From positions 96,001 to 160,000 of the forward strand of contig JBMFIG010000001.1 in assembly GCA_049976425.1 (NCBI GenBank): a stretch of 64,000 nt of DNA, read 5' to 3'. Numbering within the stretch: position 1 is the stretch's first letter; each line of letters starts with the position of its first letter. Shown one piece after another: positions 1-9,833 of the stretch. The notes beneath the pieces are model-generated. The model made no database searches. It was not told the DNA's origin and worked only from the letters and a program-made list of their open reading frames with translations. The DNA is from Thermoproteus sp. Lineage in GTDB: Archaea; Thermoproteota; Thermoprotei; Thermoproteales; Thermoproteaceae. The translations under genes were made by a program, and so were the position numbers.

Positions 1-1
1 G

Positions 2-460
2 CAGGCCCTGCTCTCGCTGGGCGAGGAAAGGCTTGCGGAGCTCATAAGGCCTGCGGGGATGCATAGAGTCAGGGCCAGGAAGCTGATAGAGCTCTCCAGA
101 TCGCTCTCCGGCGTGGATTTGTCCAGGATAGCGGATATGGACGTGGGGGAGGCCCGGCGCTTCCTGACGTCGTTGCCGGGAGTCGGCGAGAAGACGGCCG
201 ACGTCGTGTTGGCCAACCTGGGCAAGCCCGCGTTCCCCGTGGACACCCACATAGCCAGGATCGCGCGGCGTTGGGGCATAGGTAAGAGATACGGCGAGAT
301 AAGCAGGTGGTTCATGGAGCGTCTGCCCCCCGAGAGGTACCTCGAGGTCCACCTTAAGCTCATACAGTTCGGCCGGGACTACTGCAAGGCCAGATCGCCG
401 CGTTGCAGGGAGTGCCCCGTGAGCGATCTCTGCCCCTGGCCGGGCAAGCCTACCGCTTGA
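2..460 (+). CDS. nth: Endonuclease III / HhH-GPD DNA glycosylase (5' partial)
   Basis: HhH motif LPGVGEKTAD, FPVDTH, C-terminal 4Fe-4S motif CKARSPRCRECPVSDLC; frame open from the window edge. Confidence 0.9.
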   Translation, partial: QALLSLGEERLAELIRPAGMHRVRARKLIELSRSLSGVDLSRIADMDVGEARRFLTSLPGVGEKTADVVLANLGKPAFPVDTHIARIARRWGIGKRYGEISRWFMERLPPERYLEVHLKLIQFGRDYCKARSPRCRECPVSDLCPWPGKPTA

Positions 461-2333
461 CCAAAAAGGCCACGGCTTGTTTGGGGCCGAGCTTGAGGCT
501 TATGGGCTCAGTCCCCTCGACGGAGCCGGAGCCGGCCACCGCCTCGACCGACTTAACCCCATGCGCGACCACGGCCGCCGTCACGGTCTCGTAGGAGTGG
601 TTAATGGCTATGACCAAGTCGCCGTCCTTACCCTCGAACCTCGACAGCTCCACCCTCGGATCGGTCGAGTAGTAGGGTATGTCCAGACCCGCCATCTGGG
701 CCAGCGCCGCGTAGATCCTGTGGTATCCTCTCAGCCAGTCCACGTGCTCCATGTAGGCGAGCATCAGCTCGAACGGCATCACCGAGAGTACAGCGCCTTT
801 TCTCGCCAACACGACGGGCCTATTCTTGTGATCTACCGCTACTATCTCCGCGTCCACGGGCCTTACCGCGTAGGTGTACACCGGCGTGTCGAGGGCGAAC
901 TCCAACTCCTCGCCGGATCTGATAGGGCCGAAATCCGCGACGAATTTAACCCTGAAGATCCCGCCGTAGCGTATGCCGACGCTCCCGGGCAGAAGGACGT
1001 TCTCTACGCCGAACAGCTCCCGCCAGAGGTGGGTGGCCGCGTCGTGTGTGATAGGAGCGATGTTGCCGAAGCTTCTGAAGAACGAGGCGTATACCAAGCC
1101 GCCCGAGTTGGCTATCTCGTAGGCCAGGCGCCAGGTGGTCGCCAGCGCGGTGGGCGCCGAGGGGAACACGACGAGCCTCTTCCGCTTCAGCCTCTCCCTC
1201 GACAGCTCATATACGGAGGATATGCGGAGGCCCGACATGAAGCCGAGGGTCAGCCCCATCAACGCCGGCTTGAGCCCAGGCTCGTTGCGCCAGCCTTGGT
1301 ACACGAACTCGTAGTCTCTATACATGTAGAACGGGACGACGACCGACGCCTGCGCCTCCGGCCTCTTGAAGCGGTCGCCGAGCCCTACCTCCTCGAGCCT
1401 CTTCAGATCCTGTGAGAACTTCTTGACTACGGTAGCCGCGGGCTTCAGGGTGCCGTCGGCTCTCACGATGCCGAAGCCGAGCTCGAGAAGCCTCCACTCG
1501 TACGGCGGATCGCCCTCCTGGGAGAAGTCGGAGAAGCACCAGATGAAGGCGCCGAAGGCGCCGTGGGCCAGCGCCGACCACAACACGTCGTTTATGAAGT
1601 TGGCGTGTTGCTCCTCCGAGAATTGATATGTGCCGAAGCCGAACTCCTCCAAGAGGACGGGCATATCGCCGTCGTTTGAGAAGAGCTCGACGAGCGCCGG
1701 ATAGAGGTATCCGTGCCGTACGAGGTTCGTATCGTAGCGGTATATGTGCGGCCCGACCCAGTCAACCAGCCCCTTCACGTTAGGCGTCTCCTGGAGATAC
1801 GAGCCGGAGACATCCCCCGAGGAGAAAGGATGCGCCGGGTCCACCGATTTTATGGCGGAGGAGTACGCCCTGAGGAGGCTCAGGGCCTCGTATCTGTTCC
1901 TGGCCGCCTTCACTAGGCTTAGCTCGTTGCTTAGGATCCAGCCGCCGAGAGCCTTGTGGTCCCTAAGCGCCTTGACCACCTCGAGGACAGCCCTCACGCC
2001 CCGCTCGACCGCCTGAGGCGCGTAGATGTCCCAGTCCGGCGCCCACGGTATCGCCCAGTTGCGCCCCGACATGTGGCCGACGATCAGCGTCGGGTAGCCC
2101 AACAGCCCGCGTTCGGCCAACATGTCCATGAAATGCCTCAGCTTGGCGAGCGCCTCGCTCGACACTCCGCCGTAGGGGTCGAAGAAATCCTCGGCGAGTA
2201 TGAAGAACCTCAACGCCCTTATGCCGAGGTCCTTCATCGCGTCTAGGTCCTCCCTTATATCATCGGGGTTCCACTCCTTCCACATCTTTATATTGTGTTT
2301 CCGGGGCCAGTAGTTAACCCCGAGTATAAACAT
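450..2333 (-). CDS. Clan GH-A glycoside hydrolase (GH5/GH2-like beta-mannanase or beta-galactosidase-like)
   Basis: GVNYWP N-terminus, WILSNE acid/base and LEEFG nucleophile motifs; ATG at 2333. Confidence 0.8.
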   Translation of the reverse strand: MFILGVNYWPRKHNIKMWKEWNPDDIREDLDAMKDLGIRALRFFILAEDFFDPYGGVSSEALAKLRHFMDMLAERGLLGYPTLIVGHMSGRNWAIPWAPDWDIYAPQAVERGVRAVLEVVKALRDHKALGGWILSNELSLVKAARNRYEALSLLRAYSSAIKSVDPAHPFSSGDVSGSYLQETPNVKGLVDWVGPHIYRYDTNLVRHGYLYPALVELFSNDGDMPVLLEEFGFGTYQFSEEQHANFINDVLWSALAHGAFGAFIWCFSDFSQEGDPPYEWRLLELGFGIVRADGTLKPAATVVKKFSQDLKRLEEVGLGDRFKRPEAQASVVVPFYMYRDYEFVYQGWRNEPGLKPALMGLTLGFMSGLRISSVYELSRERLKRKRLVVFPSAPTALATTWRLAYEIANSGGLVYASFFRSFGNIAPITHDAATHLWRELFGVENVLLPGSVGIRYGGIFRVKFVADFGPIRSGEELEFALDTPVYTYAVRPVDAEIVAVDHKNRPVVLARKGAVLSVMPFELMLAYMEHVDWLRGYHRIYAALAQMAGLDIPYYSTDPRVELSRFEGKDGDLVIAINHSYETVTAAVVAHGVKSVEAVAGSGSVEGTEPISLKLGPKQAVAFLVKR

Positions 2334-2379
2334 GGTTGTTCGGCCGGATGGCAAATATAACAGTTAAAGCGGAAGCTCT

Positions 2380-3528
2380 TTATCGAAATTCCCTAGATTT
2401 ATATCCATATAACTCTCTTATTTTATCTATAGAATCCACGAACTGCTTCTGGGCAGGCGTTATCAAAGGCCCGTAGGACTCGGCTAAAGGTTGCCTCTGC
2501 TCTATATCCAGCCCGTCGGCCAGGTTCAAGATCAAGGAATGCACAGTGGCCAAGCTCACCGGCTCCCTCAGCTTAATCCGCCTCCTCGACTTGATCCACA
2601 ACGGGACTCTGATCAGCTCGTCGTAGAGCCAGTAGCCGTGCCCCAAGGCGCCGCGCTCGCCGAGCATTTGGCCGTGATCCGACACTATCACCACGACGAA
2701 GTCCTTAAGCGCGGCGATTATGGTCCTCAAGATCCTAGAGAGGTAGGAGATCTGCCGGGGATAATGGCGCCTCCACGTGTTGACTATGCCGGGCGGCGCC
2801 CCTCCGCCGACTAAAGCCTTTATGTAGGCCCCTCCCGACCGAGCCCAGTCGGTGGCCGTGTAGGGCTCGTGCGCCTCCATTAGGTTTATGAACAGGAAGA
2901 TGGGCCCCTCGCCGGCAAGCTTCTCGACGAATTTTGAGGCTAGCTTAGCCCCCTTCTCCCTAGGCACGCCGAGGGCGAGCAACTCTATCGATTTGGCCAG
3001 CAACTTCGCCGAGGAGATCGGGCCGTTCTTGAGGAAGGCGTTCAGGACAGTCCTCACGGAGGCCCCCTCCTCGAATATCTCCCTAATCGCCCCAACCTCC
3101 TTCTCGTTTAGCTTGATGCCTCTGTTTAGGTAGCTTGTGCCTATGTCGTAGAATTCGTCGAACTTAAAGCCGAAGTCCTCGTTTATGTAGGGATTCGCCG
3201 ATAGCCCCACAGCCTTGTACCCCAGATCCTTCAAGTAGCCCAAGATCCCGCCGCGCGCACGCGCCATGAAGAAGGCCGCGCGTTCCTTCGTCACGTTTAG
3301 CCAGTTCCACCCAATCCATCTACTGGGCTCGTGCACCTCGTGCTCCGACGGATAGAGCCCGGTGAACATCGACACGTGGGCCGGCAGAGTCCACGGCGCC
3401 GTGGTCCACGCCTCGTATTTCTCGAACCCCCAGCCGGACAGCCAGTCGAGGGGGGTCGAATAGTCCCACCGTAATGTGTCGAGGACTATGAGGGCTATAT
3501 TCTCCACTTGCCCGTCCCCGTGTTGCAT
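2380..3528 (-). CDS. Sulfatase-like / alkaline phosphatase superfamily protein
   Basis: LIVLDTLR, APWTLPAH (Thr in the nucleophile position), NLMEAHEPY, SDHG, GHG; start may be GTG at 3507. Confidence 0.8.
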   Translation of the reverse strand: MQHGDGQVENIALIVLDTLRWDYSTPLDWLSGWGFEKYEAWTTAPWTLPAHVSMFTGLYPSEHEVHEPSRWIGWNWLNVTKERAAFFMARARGGILGYLKDLGYKAVGLSANPYINEDFGFKFDEFYDIGTSYLNRGIKLNEKEVGAIREIFEEGASVRTVLNAFLKNGPISSAKLLAKSIELLALGVPREKGAKLASKFVEKLAGEGPIFLFINLMEAHEPYTATDWARSGGAYIKALVGGGAPPGIVNTWRRHYPRQISYLSRILRTIIAALKDFVVVIVSDHGQMLGERGALGHGYWLYDELIRVPLWIKSRRRIKLREPVSLATVHSLILNLADGLDIEQRQPLAESYGPLITPAQKQFVDSIDKIRELYGYKSREFR

Positions 3529-3539
3529 TTATATATGTC

Positions 3540-3573
3540 GCTCACCTGTGGTGAGCATGCTTGAGTATACTCA
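3540..3573. promoter_or_regulatory. Two adjacent palindromes between the divergent sulfatase-like gene and fba-pfp
   Basis: GCTCAC-CTGTG-GTGAGC (3540-3556) and TGAGTATACTCA (3562-3573). Confidence 0.35.
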
Positions 3574-3633
3574 GACTATTATAAATTAACGATAAGTAAT
3601 GTGATGCTATAAAGGTTAAATACTCGCATTGCC

Positions 3634-4464
3634 ATGCACACTATGCGGACGTACACGTTAACGGACAAGTTCAAGTCCATATTCGCCAGGAGAGGCCACT
3701 CGATAGTGTTGGCATACGACCACGGCATAGAGCACGGCCCTACGGACTTCCTAGACAACCCAGACTCCGTAGATCCGGAGTATATACTGAAGATAGCGCG
3801 CGACGCGGGGTTCGACGGCGTCGTGTTCCAGAGAGGCATAGCCGAGAAGTACTACGACGGGAGCGTGCCGCTGATACTCAAGCTCAACGGCAAGACGTCG
3901 CTCTACAACGGGGCGCCTATATCGGCGCCTAACTGTACTGTCGAGGAGGCGGTGAGCCTCGGCGCGAGCGCGGTGGGCTTCACGATATACGCCGGGAGCG
4001 ACTACGAGTGGAAACAGATAGAGTACCTGGCCCAGATCAAGAAGGACGCCTCGAAATTCGATATACCACTCGTCGTGTGGTCCTACCCGAGAGGGGGCAA
4101 GGTCGACACAAAGTACAACGGCAACGAGCACCACCCCGAGGTCGTGGCGTATGCGGCCAGAATCGCGCTGGAGCTGGGAGCCGACGCCATGAAGATAAAA
4201 TATACTGGAGATCCCAAGACGTTCGCCTGGGCCGTTAGAGCCGCCGGCAGGGTACCGGTGCTCATGTCCGGAGGCCCTAAGACCAAGACAGACGAGGAGT
4301 TCTTGAGGCAGGTGGAGGAGGTCATCAGCGCTGGCGCCTTGGGCGTGGCGGTGGGCAGAAACGTATGGCAGAGGAAGAACGCCGTCGAGTTCGGCAGATT
4401 GTTAGGCCAGATAGTCTACGAGGGCAAGAAAGTCTCCGAGGTGTTGAGAGCGGCGGCGCCATGA
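3634..4464 (+). CDS. fba: Archaeal class I fructose-bisphosphate aldolase
   Basis: LAYDHGIEHGP, LKLNGKT, WSYPRGG, Schiff-base KIKYTG, SGGPK, GRNVWQ. Confidence 0.95.
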   Translation: MHTMRTYTLTDKFKSIFARRGHSIVLAYDHGIEHGPTDFLDNPDSVDPEYILKIARDAGFDGVVFQRGIAEKYYDGSVPLILKLNGKTSLYNGAPISAPNCTVEEAVSLGASAVGFTIYAGSDYEWKQIEYLAQIKKDASKFDIPLVVWSYPRGGKVDTKYNGNEHHPEVVAYAARIALELGADAMKIKYTGDPKTFAWAVRAAGRVPVLMSGGPKTKTDEEFLRQVEEVISAGALGVAVGRNVWQRKNAVEFGRLLGQIVYEGKKVSEVLRAAAP

Positions 4465-5471
4465 AGATCGGCGTATTGACCGGCGGAGGCGACGCGCCGG
4501 GCCTCAACATAGCTGTATATACCTTTGTCAAGCTCGCCGAGAGGAAGCACGAGGTCTACGCTATCTTCCACGGCTGGAAGGGCCTCCTCAACAAGGAGGT
4601 CAGGAGGGTAGCGTCTGCGGACCTGCTGGACTTCGCCTTTACGGGAGGCACCTACATAAAGACCTCAAGGACCAACCCGTTCAAGGACGAGGAGCGGGCG
4701 AAGACGTTGGCTAAGAACGTCGAGGAGCTGGGCCTAGACGTCGTTGTGGCTATAGGGGGCGACGACACGTTGGGAGCCGCCGGCGAGGCGCAGAGGCGCG
4801 GGATACTGGATGCGGTCGGGATACCGAAGACTATAGACAACGACGTCTGGGGCACCGACTTCACCATAGGCTTCGACACGGCCGTTAACGAGGCCGTCAA
4901 GGCCGCCGAGAGTTTCAAGACCACGTTGATATCCCACGAGAGGGTCGGCGTAGTGGAGGTGATGGGCAGAGAGGCTGGGTGGATAGCGCTACACACAGGT
5001 CTCGCGACCATGGCCGACTTCGTGTTGATACCTGAGAGAGAGGTAAGCTGGGACTTCGTGGCCGAGCGCGTGAAGAAGGCCTACGAGGCCAAGAGGTGGG
5101 CGCTGGTCGTCGTGTCGGAGGGCATCAAGTCCTACGGAGGACCTGTGGACGAGTTCGGCCACGTAAGGCTCGGCGGGGTCGGCAACGAGCTCGCCGCCTT
5201 CCTCGAGAAGAGGACAGGCCTCGAGACTAGGGCCACGATACCCGGCCACATAATCAGGGGAACCCCGCCGTCCGCCTTCGACAGAGTGCTGGCGGTCAGA
5301 TACGCCACGGCCGCCTACGAGGCCGTGGAGGAGGGCAAGTTCGGCGTCATGACCGCGTATAGGGACGGCGAGATATCATACATCCCCATAACGGAGGTCG
5401 TGGGCAGGAACAAGCTTGTGAACGGGCCCTGGCTCAAGCTCTACGAGACGTATTGGGGTAACTCGGAATAG
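4461..5471 (+). CDS. pfp: PPi-dependent phosphofructokinase (PFK-A family)
   Basis: TGGGDAPG, GGDDT (Asp is the PPi-specific signature), PKTIDND, VMGREAG; ATGA overlap with fba. Confidence 0.93.
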   Translation: MKIGVLTGGGDAPGLNIAVYTFVKLAERKHEVYAIFHGWKGLLNKEVRRVASADLLDFAFTGGTYIKTSRTNPFKDEERAKTLAKNVEELGLDVVVAIGGDDTLGAAGEAQRRGILDAVGIPKTIDNDVWGTDFTIGFDTAVNEAVKAAESFKTTLISHERVGVVEVMGREAGWIALHTGLATMADFVLIPEREVSWDFVAERVKKAYEAKRWALVVVSEGIKSYGGPVDEFGHVRLGGVGNELAAFLEKRTGLETRATIPGHIIRGTPPSAFDRVLAVRYATAAYEAVEEGKFGVMTAYRDGEISYIPITEVVGRNKLVNGPWLKLYETYWGNSE

Positions 5472-5657
5472 GTAGAGGATATATTACTAAAGCGTAAAGT
5501 TTTTAAATAGACCTTACAAAGCGTCTTTCGGCGCCGTGCGGCACCGCCTTTGGCAATTAATTTCTACGAGGCAAACGCCCTATCAATAATGCGATCCTCG
5601 CAGAAATACGCCTATTTTTTGTAGTTAAGTTTTTATATTTACTCTTTCTCTAAGCAC

Positions 5658-6134
5658 ATGGCAAGCACCGAGGAATTAAGGCTAACCGATAGACAGGTCC
5701 AGATACTCCAACACCTGCTCCAACGCGCCCAGCCCATGAGGGTCTACACGGTTTACGGCGATCAGGACGAGATAGCCCGCGAGCTGGGCATGACAAGGCA
5801 GGCGCTGGCGATACACCTCAAGCGACTAAAGGAGTTGGGGCTTGTCAGGACAGGCCGCGAGTTCGTCGACGTCACGGAGAAAGCCGTCAAGTTCCTCAAG
5901 GGCCAGAGCAACGACGTCATAGTTCTGGTCAAGGTCGAGCCGAAGTACCGCGACAAGGTCTACGACTTCTCCAAGAAGCTACCCATCGAGAAGGCGCTCA
6001 GGCTAGCTGGCGAGTACGACCTCGCAGTGATAACGCAGGAGACGGTGCTCGACAAGGTCCTCGACTCCCTCAACAACCTAGAGGGCGTAAAAGAGACCAA
6101 GACGTTTATCAGCATAGGCGCTATAAAGGAATAA
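5658..6134 (+). CDS. Lrp/AsnC-family transcriptional regulator
   Basis: HTH QDEIARELGMTRQALAIHLKRLKELGLV plus RAM domain (GEYDL...EGVKETKTFI). Confidence 0.8.
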   Translation: MASTEELRLTDRQVQILQHLLQRAQPMRVYTVYGDQDEIARELGMTRQALAIHLKRLKELGLVRTGREFVDVTEKAVKFLKGQSNDVIVLVKVEPKYRDKVYDFSKKLPIEKALRLAGEYDLAVITQETVLDKVLDSLNNLEGVKETKTFISIGAIKE

Positions 6135-6498
6135 GAGAATTTATAAAATACATAAATTTTCCGCGAGTTTTTCCCATAGAGGCAGAGGATCCGTTGCGCC
6201 TTGTTGTAGCAGTTTAGGTTTTGTCGTACCTAAATGGTCGACGGCAAACCCCGCCCCTAAGGCAGAGGAGAGGCCAGAGTCGGCCCGCCCCATCTATTCG
6301 GCGACTCTCCGTAGTGACCGCCACCTTACATACTGACCCATTAACCGAGCTGGCCCGAGCCACAGATAGAGAGCTAGAGCCGACACCACTAACGTCCTCC
6401 AACCCCGCCAAGGTCGACGACTGCAAGCCGCATTGAGAGAGGAGGGAATAAGCCAACATGGTGTAATGTACCTATATAGGGAAGGAAGAGGTCGTCTC

Positions 6499-6988
6499 AT
6501 GGGCCTGGCCAGGGAATGTCTCTTTCTCGTTCGCCGGCTCTACCACAGCACTTGGTATACTCGCTACGCTGAATTTGCCGCCTTACGTCTCTGTGCCAAC
6601 AGCTCTCCTCTCCCTCTCTGTTGTACTGACCACCTACTTCGCGATCAGGGCAAAGTGGGATGAAAAGGGCTTGCTCAACTTCGTCGAGCCCCTAGGTAAG
6701 GGAGTCTCCAAGGCCTTCCTCGTTACGTGGGTCGTTAGCTACTACCTTTACGTGGTCTATACTTCGGTTTACGCCCCCTGCTACTCGCTAGGGCTAGATG
6801 GGCTTCAAGCCGTGGCGGTAACTCTCCTGGTCTCCGCCTCGGCTTTCTTCGTTACAGAGCTGAAGAACCCGCTCTACGCCTTCCCCACTAGTCCCCCAGC
6901 TAGTCCTGGTCTTGCCGGTAGGCTGGTCATACTCCGAGGGATCTGTATGAATCCCGCAAAGAACAGACCAAGGCGTGGAGGCGTCTAG
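6499..6988 (+). pseudogene. Frameshifted, truncated multi-pass membrane protein
   Basis: ATG 6499 (MGLARECL) joins by a frameshift near 6525 to a hydrophobic frame SFAGSTTALGILATLNLPPYVSV...; the sequence degenerates after NPLYAF. Confidence 0.5.
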
Positions 6989-7064
6989 ACCGGCGAGGCG
7001 CGCCCGACGGCCATTCGCCAGAGCGGCGGAGCAAAGCTTAAAAAGCGATAAAAACATATGTAAA

Positions 7065-7177
7065 GGGCCCGTAGCTCAGCATGGATCAGAGCGGCGGCCT
7101 CCGGAGCCGTAGACCCCAGTGGGGGCGGAGGTCGCGGGTTCGGGCACAGCCGCCTAGAAATCCCGCCGGGCCCGCCA
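7065..7177 (+). tRNA. tRNA-Arg(CCG) with two non-canonical introns (45/46: 7113-7130; 56/57: 7142-7157)
   Basis: GGGCCCG/CGGGCCC acceptor stem, encoded CCA, anticodon CCG 7101-7103; removing both introns restores AGGTC and TTCAAAT; both junctions form BHB motifs; TATA at about 7037-7044. Confidence 0.93.
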
Positions 7178-7223
7178 GTGCTGTTTGTCCGCATATTTTA
7201 ATACCTATAGCCGAGTTCGTGCC

Positions 7224-7691
7224 ATGAGATTTTCGATAATCATCACGATGATGGGAGTTGCGATGGTGGCCATTGCGGCTGTTCTGTTCTTCTTAGGATC
7301 TTCGGCAAGCTCTTTGGCGGCTTCTGTCAATGCGGCGTTGGCGCAGTTGAACAAGACGTCGGCCTTGACGCTGTCTCCGGGCGGCAACGTGAGCTTCTCC
7401 TTCTCGGAGCCGTCGATATTGTTGATCAACTCGTCGGCGCCGCTGAAGATAGTGCCGGAGTCTCTGAGGGTTGCCGTCCAGGGGACAATCACGGCGGTTG
7501 CTGTCCAGCCGGGCGTGAGGGTCTACGTCGTCAACAACTACACGCGCCCCGTCTCTCTTAGGTATGCGGTGGTGACCATAAGCCCGTCTCTGTCGAGGGC
7601 GGTGTTCTTCGCCCTCGTCTCGCTGGGTCTCGGCTTTGTCGGCTTCATGGTGCTTGTGATAGGCGTCGTGCTGTACGTATTAAAGAGATAA
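7224..7691 (+). CDS. Hypothetical membrane protein with two terminal TM helices
   Basis: Hydrophobic N- and C-terminal segments; TATA-like TTTTAATA upstream. Confidence 0.7.
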   Translation: MRFSIIITMMGVAMVAIAAVLFFLGSSASSLAASVNAALAQLNKTSALTLSPGGNVSFSFSEPSILLINSSAPLKIVPESLRVAVQGTITAVAVQPGVRVYVVNNYTRPVSLRYAVVTISPSLSRAVFFALVSLGLGFVGFMVLVIGVVLYVLKR

Positions 7692-7711
7692 ATTCACGCC
7701 CCGTACAACAC

Positions 7712-8722
7712 GTGGACTTGTTCCGCGTCGACGTCTCGCTTATAAGAGACGGCGTGGTGGCGCTCGACTCAGAGACAGCGCTCCTCTTGAAGTATATAGA
7801 GGAGACAGGCTCGATATCAGCCGCCGCGAGGAGGCTCGGGATCCCCTACTCCCGCGCTTGGGGGTACATCGCCAGAGCCGAGAGGGCGCTCGGCGTACGC
7901 CTCGTGGAGCCCAGGAGAGGCTATGCGGGAGGTGCCCGGCTCACCGATGAGGGCAGGCGCCTGTTAGCCCGCTATCTGGAGTTCGTGTCGAGGAGGCTCG
8001 GCGGGCTCGAGTCGCTGACGGAGGGCATGTGCGACTTCGTGTATGCCGGCAGCTCTGATCTCTTCGTTAAGGATCTGCTGGAGAGGCTGAGGGAGGAGGG
8101 CTTCTGCGTGGAGGCCAAGTGGGTCGGCTCCGCAACTGGACTTATAATGGCCGCGGCCGGCCTGGCCGACGTGGCCGGCGTCCATCTATTGGATCCGGCG
8201 TCTGGCGAGTACAACGTCCCCTACGTGGAGAGGCTTGGGCTGTCCCACGCGGCGGCCCTTCACAGAGGCTTTATGAGGTCTATAGGCTTCGCGTTTAGGC
8301 CGGACGTGGAGTTCAGAGGCTTGGAGGACTTGTTGAGATACAAGGTGATCGCCCGCAATCCTGGATCGGGGACGCGCCTCCTCCTCGAGTTGCTGGTCGA
8401 TAAGCTCGCCGAGAAGGTCGGCAAGCCTCGCAAGGCAATCGCCGACGCCATAAGCGGGTACAACACGTCCGCAAGGACCCACGAGGAGGTGGTCGGGGCG
8501 ATAGCCCGAGGGGAGGCCGACGTCGGGCTGGCCATTGCGGCGGCCGCGGAGAGGTACGGCTTGGCCTATAGGCATATAGCGCTGGAGCGTTTCGACTTGG
8601 CGGTGAACAGATATAGCCTGGAGAAGCCGGCCGTGAGGCGTTTGTTGGAGCTGTTGAGGAAGGAGCAACCGCCGCCGGGATATACGCCGGTCAGAAGCGC
8701 TGGCCAGAAGGTATTAGTATAG
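7712..8722 (+). CDS. ModE-type HTH regulator fused to a molybdate/tungstate-binding PBP domain
   Basis: ETGSISAAARRLGIPYSRAW...GGARLT; GSATG, AGVHLLD, RNPGSGTR. Confidence 0.85.
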   Translation: MDLFRVDVSLIRDGVVALDSETALLLKYIEETGSISAAARRLGIPYSRAWGYIARAERALGVRLVEPRRGYAGGARLTDEGRRLLARYLEFVSRRLGGLESLTEGMCDFVYAGSSDLFVKDLLERLREEGFCVEAKWVGSATGLIMAAAGLADVAGVHLLDPASGEYNVPYVERLGLSHAAALHRGFMRSIGFAFRPDVEFRGLEDLLRYKVIARNPGSGTRLLLELLVDKLAEKVGKPRKAIADAISGYNTSARTHEEVVGAIARGEADVGLAIAAAAERYGLAYRHIALERFDLAVNRYSLEKPAVRRLLELLRKEQPPPGYTPVRSAGQKVLV

Positions 8723-8741
8723 GAATCGGCCCACTCGACGC

Positions 8742-8918
8742 ATGGCAAAGGTGGTGATACACTCAATAGCTGACGGCCCCAACGAGGTGCTGGTCGACGG
8801 GAGGCCGGTTGCTTACCTGTGCCGTTGCGGCGGCTCCTCAAAGAAGCCGTACTGCGACGGCACCCATAAGAGGGCTGGCTTCAAGGCGCCTGAGGCCTAC
8901 GTCAACGTCTTGGAATAG
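8742..8918 (+). CDS. CDGSH iron-sulfur domain protein, 58 aa (absent from the ORF track)
   Basis: Manual translation MAKVVIHSIADGPNEVLVDGRPVAYLCRCGGSSKKPYCDGTHKRAGFKAPEAYVNVLE; matches C-x-C-x2-S-x3-P-x-CDG-T-H. Confidence 0.92.
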   Translation: MAKVVIHSIADGPNEVLVDGRPVAYLCRCGGSSKKPYCDGTHKRAGFKAPEAYVNVLE

Positions 8919-8945
8919 CTTTTTTATTAGAGTCGCCAAAATCCC

Positions 8946-9770
8946 GTGCAGGTTTTTCTCGCCACCGAGAGGGGCGTCTACGAGCTGATCCCCACCGGCG
9001 GCGCTCACAGGATATGTTGCCCCGATCTCGAGGTAGTCGATGTAACTACGTTCGAGGGCCACCTCTACGTCTGTTCGCCTAGATCGGGCCTCTTCGAGGT
9101 TGGCGGGGGCAGGCTCAAGAGACTGGCGTCAGGGCCTTGTTGGCGCCTCGTTAGGCTGGGCGACTCGCTCGTGGCGTCTATGGACGGCCCGGTGCTGGTG
9201 GACGTCCTCTCCGGCGCTAAGATAGCCGAGTTCCCAGACTACGCCGAGAGGTTCGGCTGGAGGTTCCTCAGGGGGCCCGCCCACATAACCGACATAGCGC
9301 GGTTCAAGGATCTATACGTGGCCTCCGTCGAGGAGGGCAACCTACTGGCTGGGGACGACCTGCGCGGGCTGAGGCCCACCCGCTTCTGGGGAGATCTCCA
9401 CGCCCTTCTTCCCGATAGGGAGAGGCTGTACATCTCCACGTCCACAGGGATCTACTACACGAACGACCTCGAGAGGTTCAACATGGGCCTCGGCCCGACG
9501 GGCTACACCCACGCCGTGGTGCGTTGCGGCGGCTATCTGGCGACCCACGAGATGTCGACGAGGCCTCTCTGGGTGTCGGTTGACGGCGTATCGTGGCGCA
9601 ACCTCCCGATAGATCTGCCCAAGCCAGAGTACGGCACGACTAATCTAGCGTGCGTCGGCTCTAGGGCGATATACGCGGTGAGGCAGGTCTACGTGATAGA
9701 CATAGCTCGCCTTATAGTGGAGAAGCTCGCCTCAGGCCTCCCGTTGGTGTTGAGGGTATCCGTCCTTTAA
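8946..9770 (+). CDS. Hypothetical protein, probable beta-propeller
   Basis: Repeated blade-like segments (VFLATERGVY, LYISTSTGIYYTND, VSVDGVSW). Confidence 0.6.
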   Translation: MQVFLATERGVYELIPTGGAHRICCPDLEVVDVTTFEGHLYVCSPRSGLFEVGGGRLKRLASGPCWRLVRLGDSLVASMDGPVLVDVLSGAKIAEFPDYAERFGWRFLRGPAHITDIARFKDLYVASVEEGNLLAGDDLRGLRPTRFWGDLHALLPDRERLYISTSTGIYYTNDLERFNMGLGPTGYTHAVVRCGGYLATHEMSTRPLWVSVDGVSWRNLPIDLPKPEYGTTNLACVGSRAIYAVRQVYVIDIARLIVEKLASGLPLVLRVSVL

Positions 9771-9833
9771 ACTAGGAAAAATTATGGTATAATTTTGGAA
9801 AAAGCATTTAACGGCAGAACGCACGGTTTATCC

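Noticed and set aside
477-1415. 312-aa plus-strand ORF and similar long antisense or alternate-frame ORFs (e.g. 9960-10943, 55272-56216, 61925-63118)
   Set aside because: Expected in high-GC DNA overlapping real genes; no motifs
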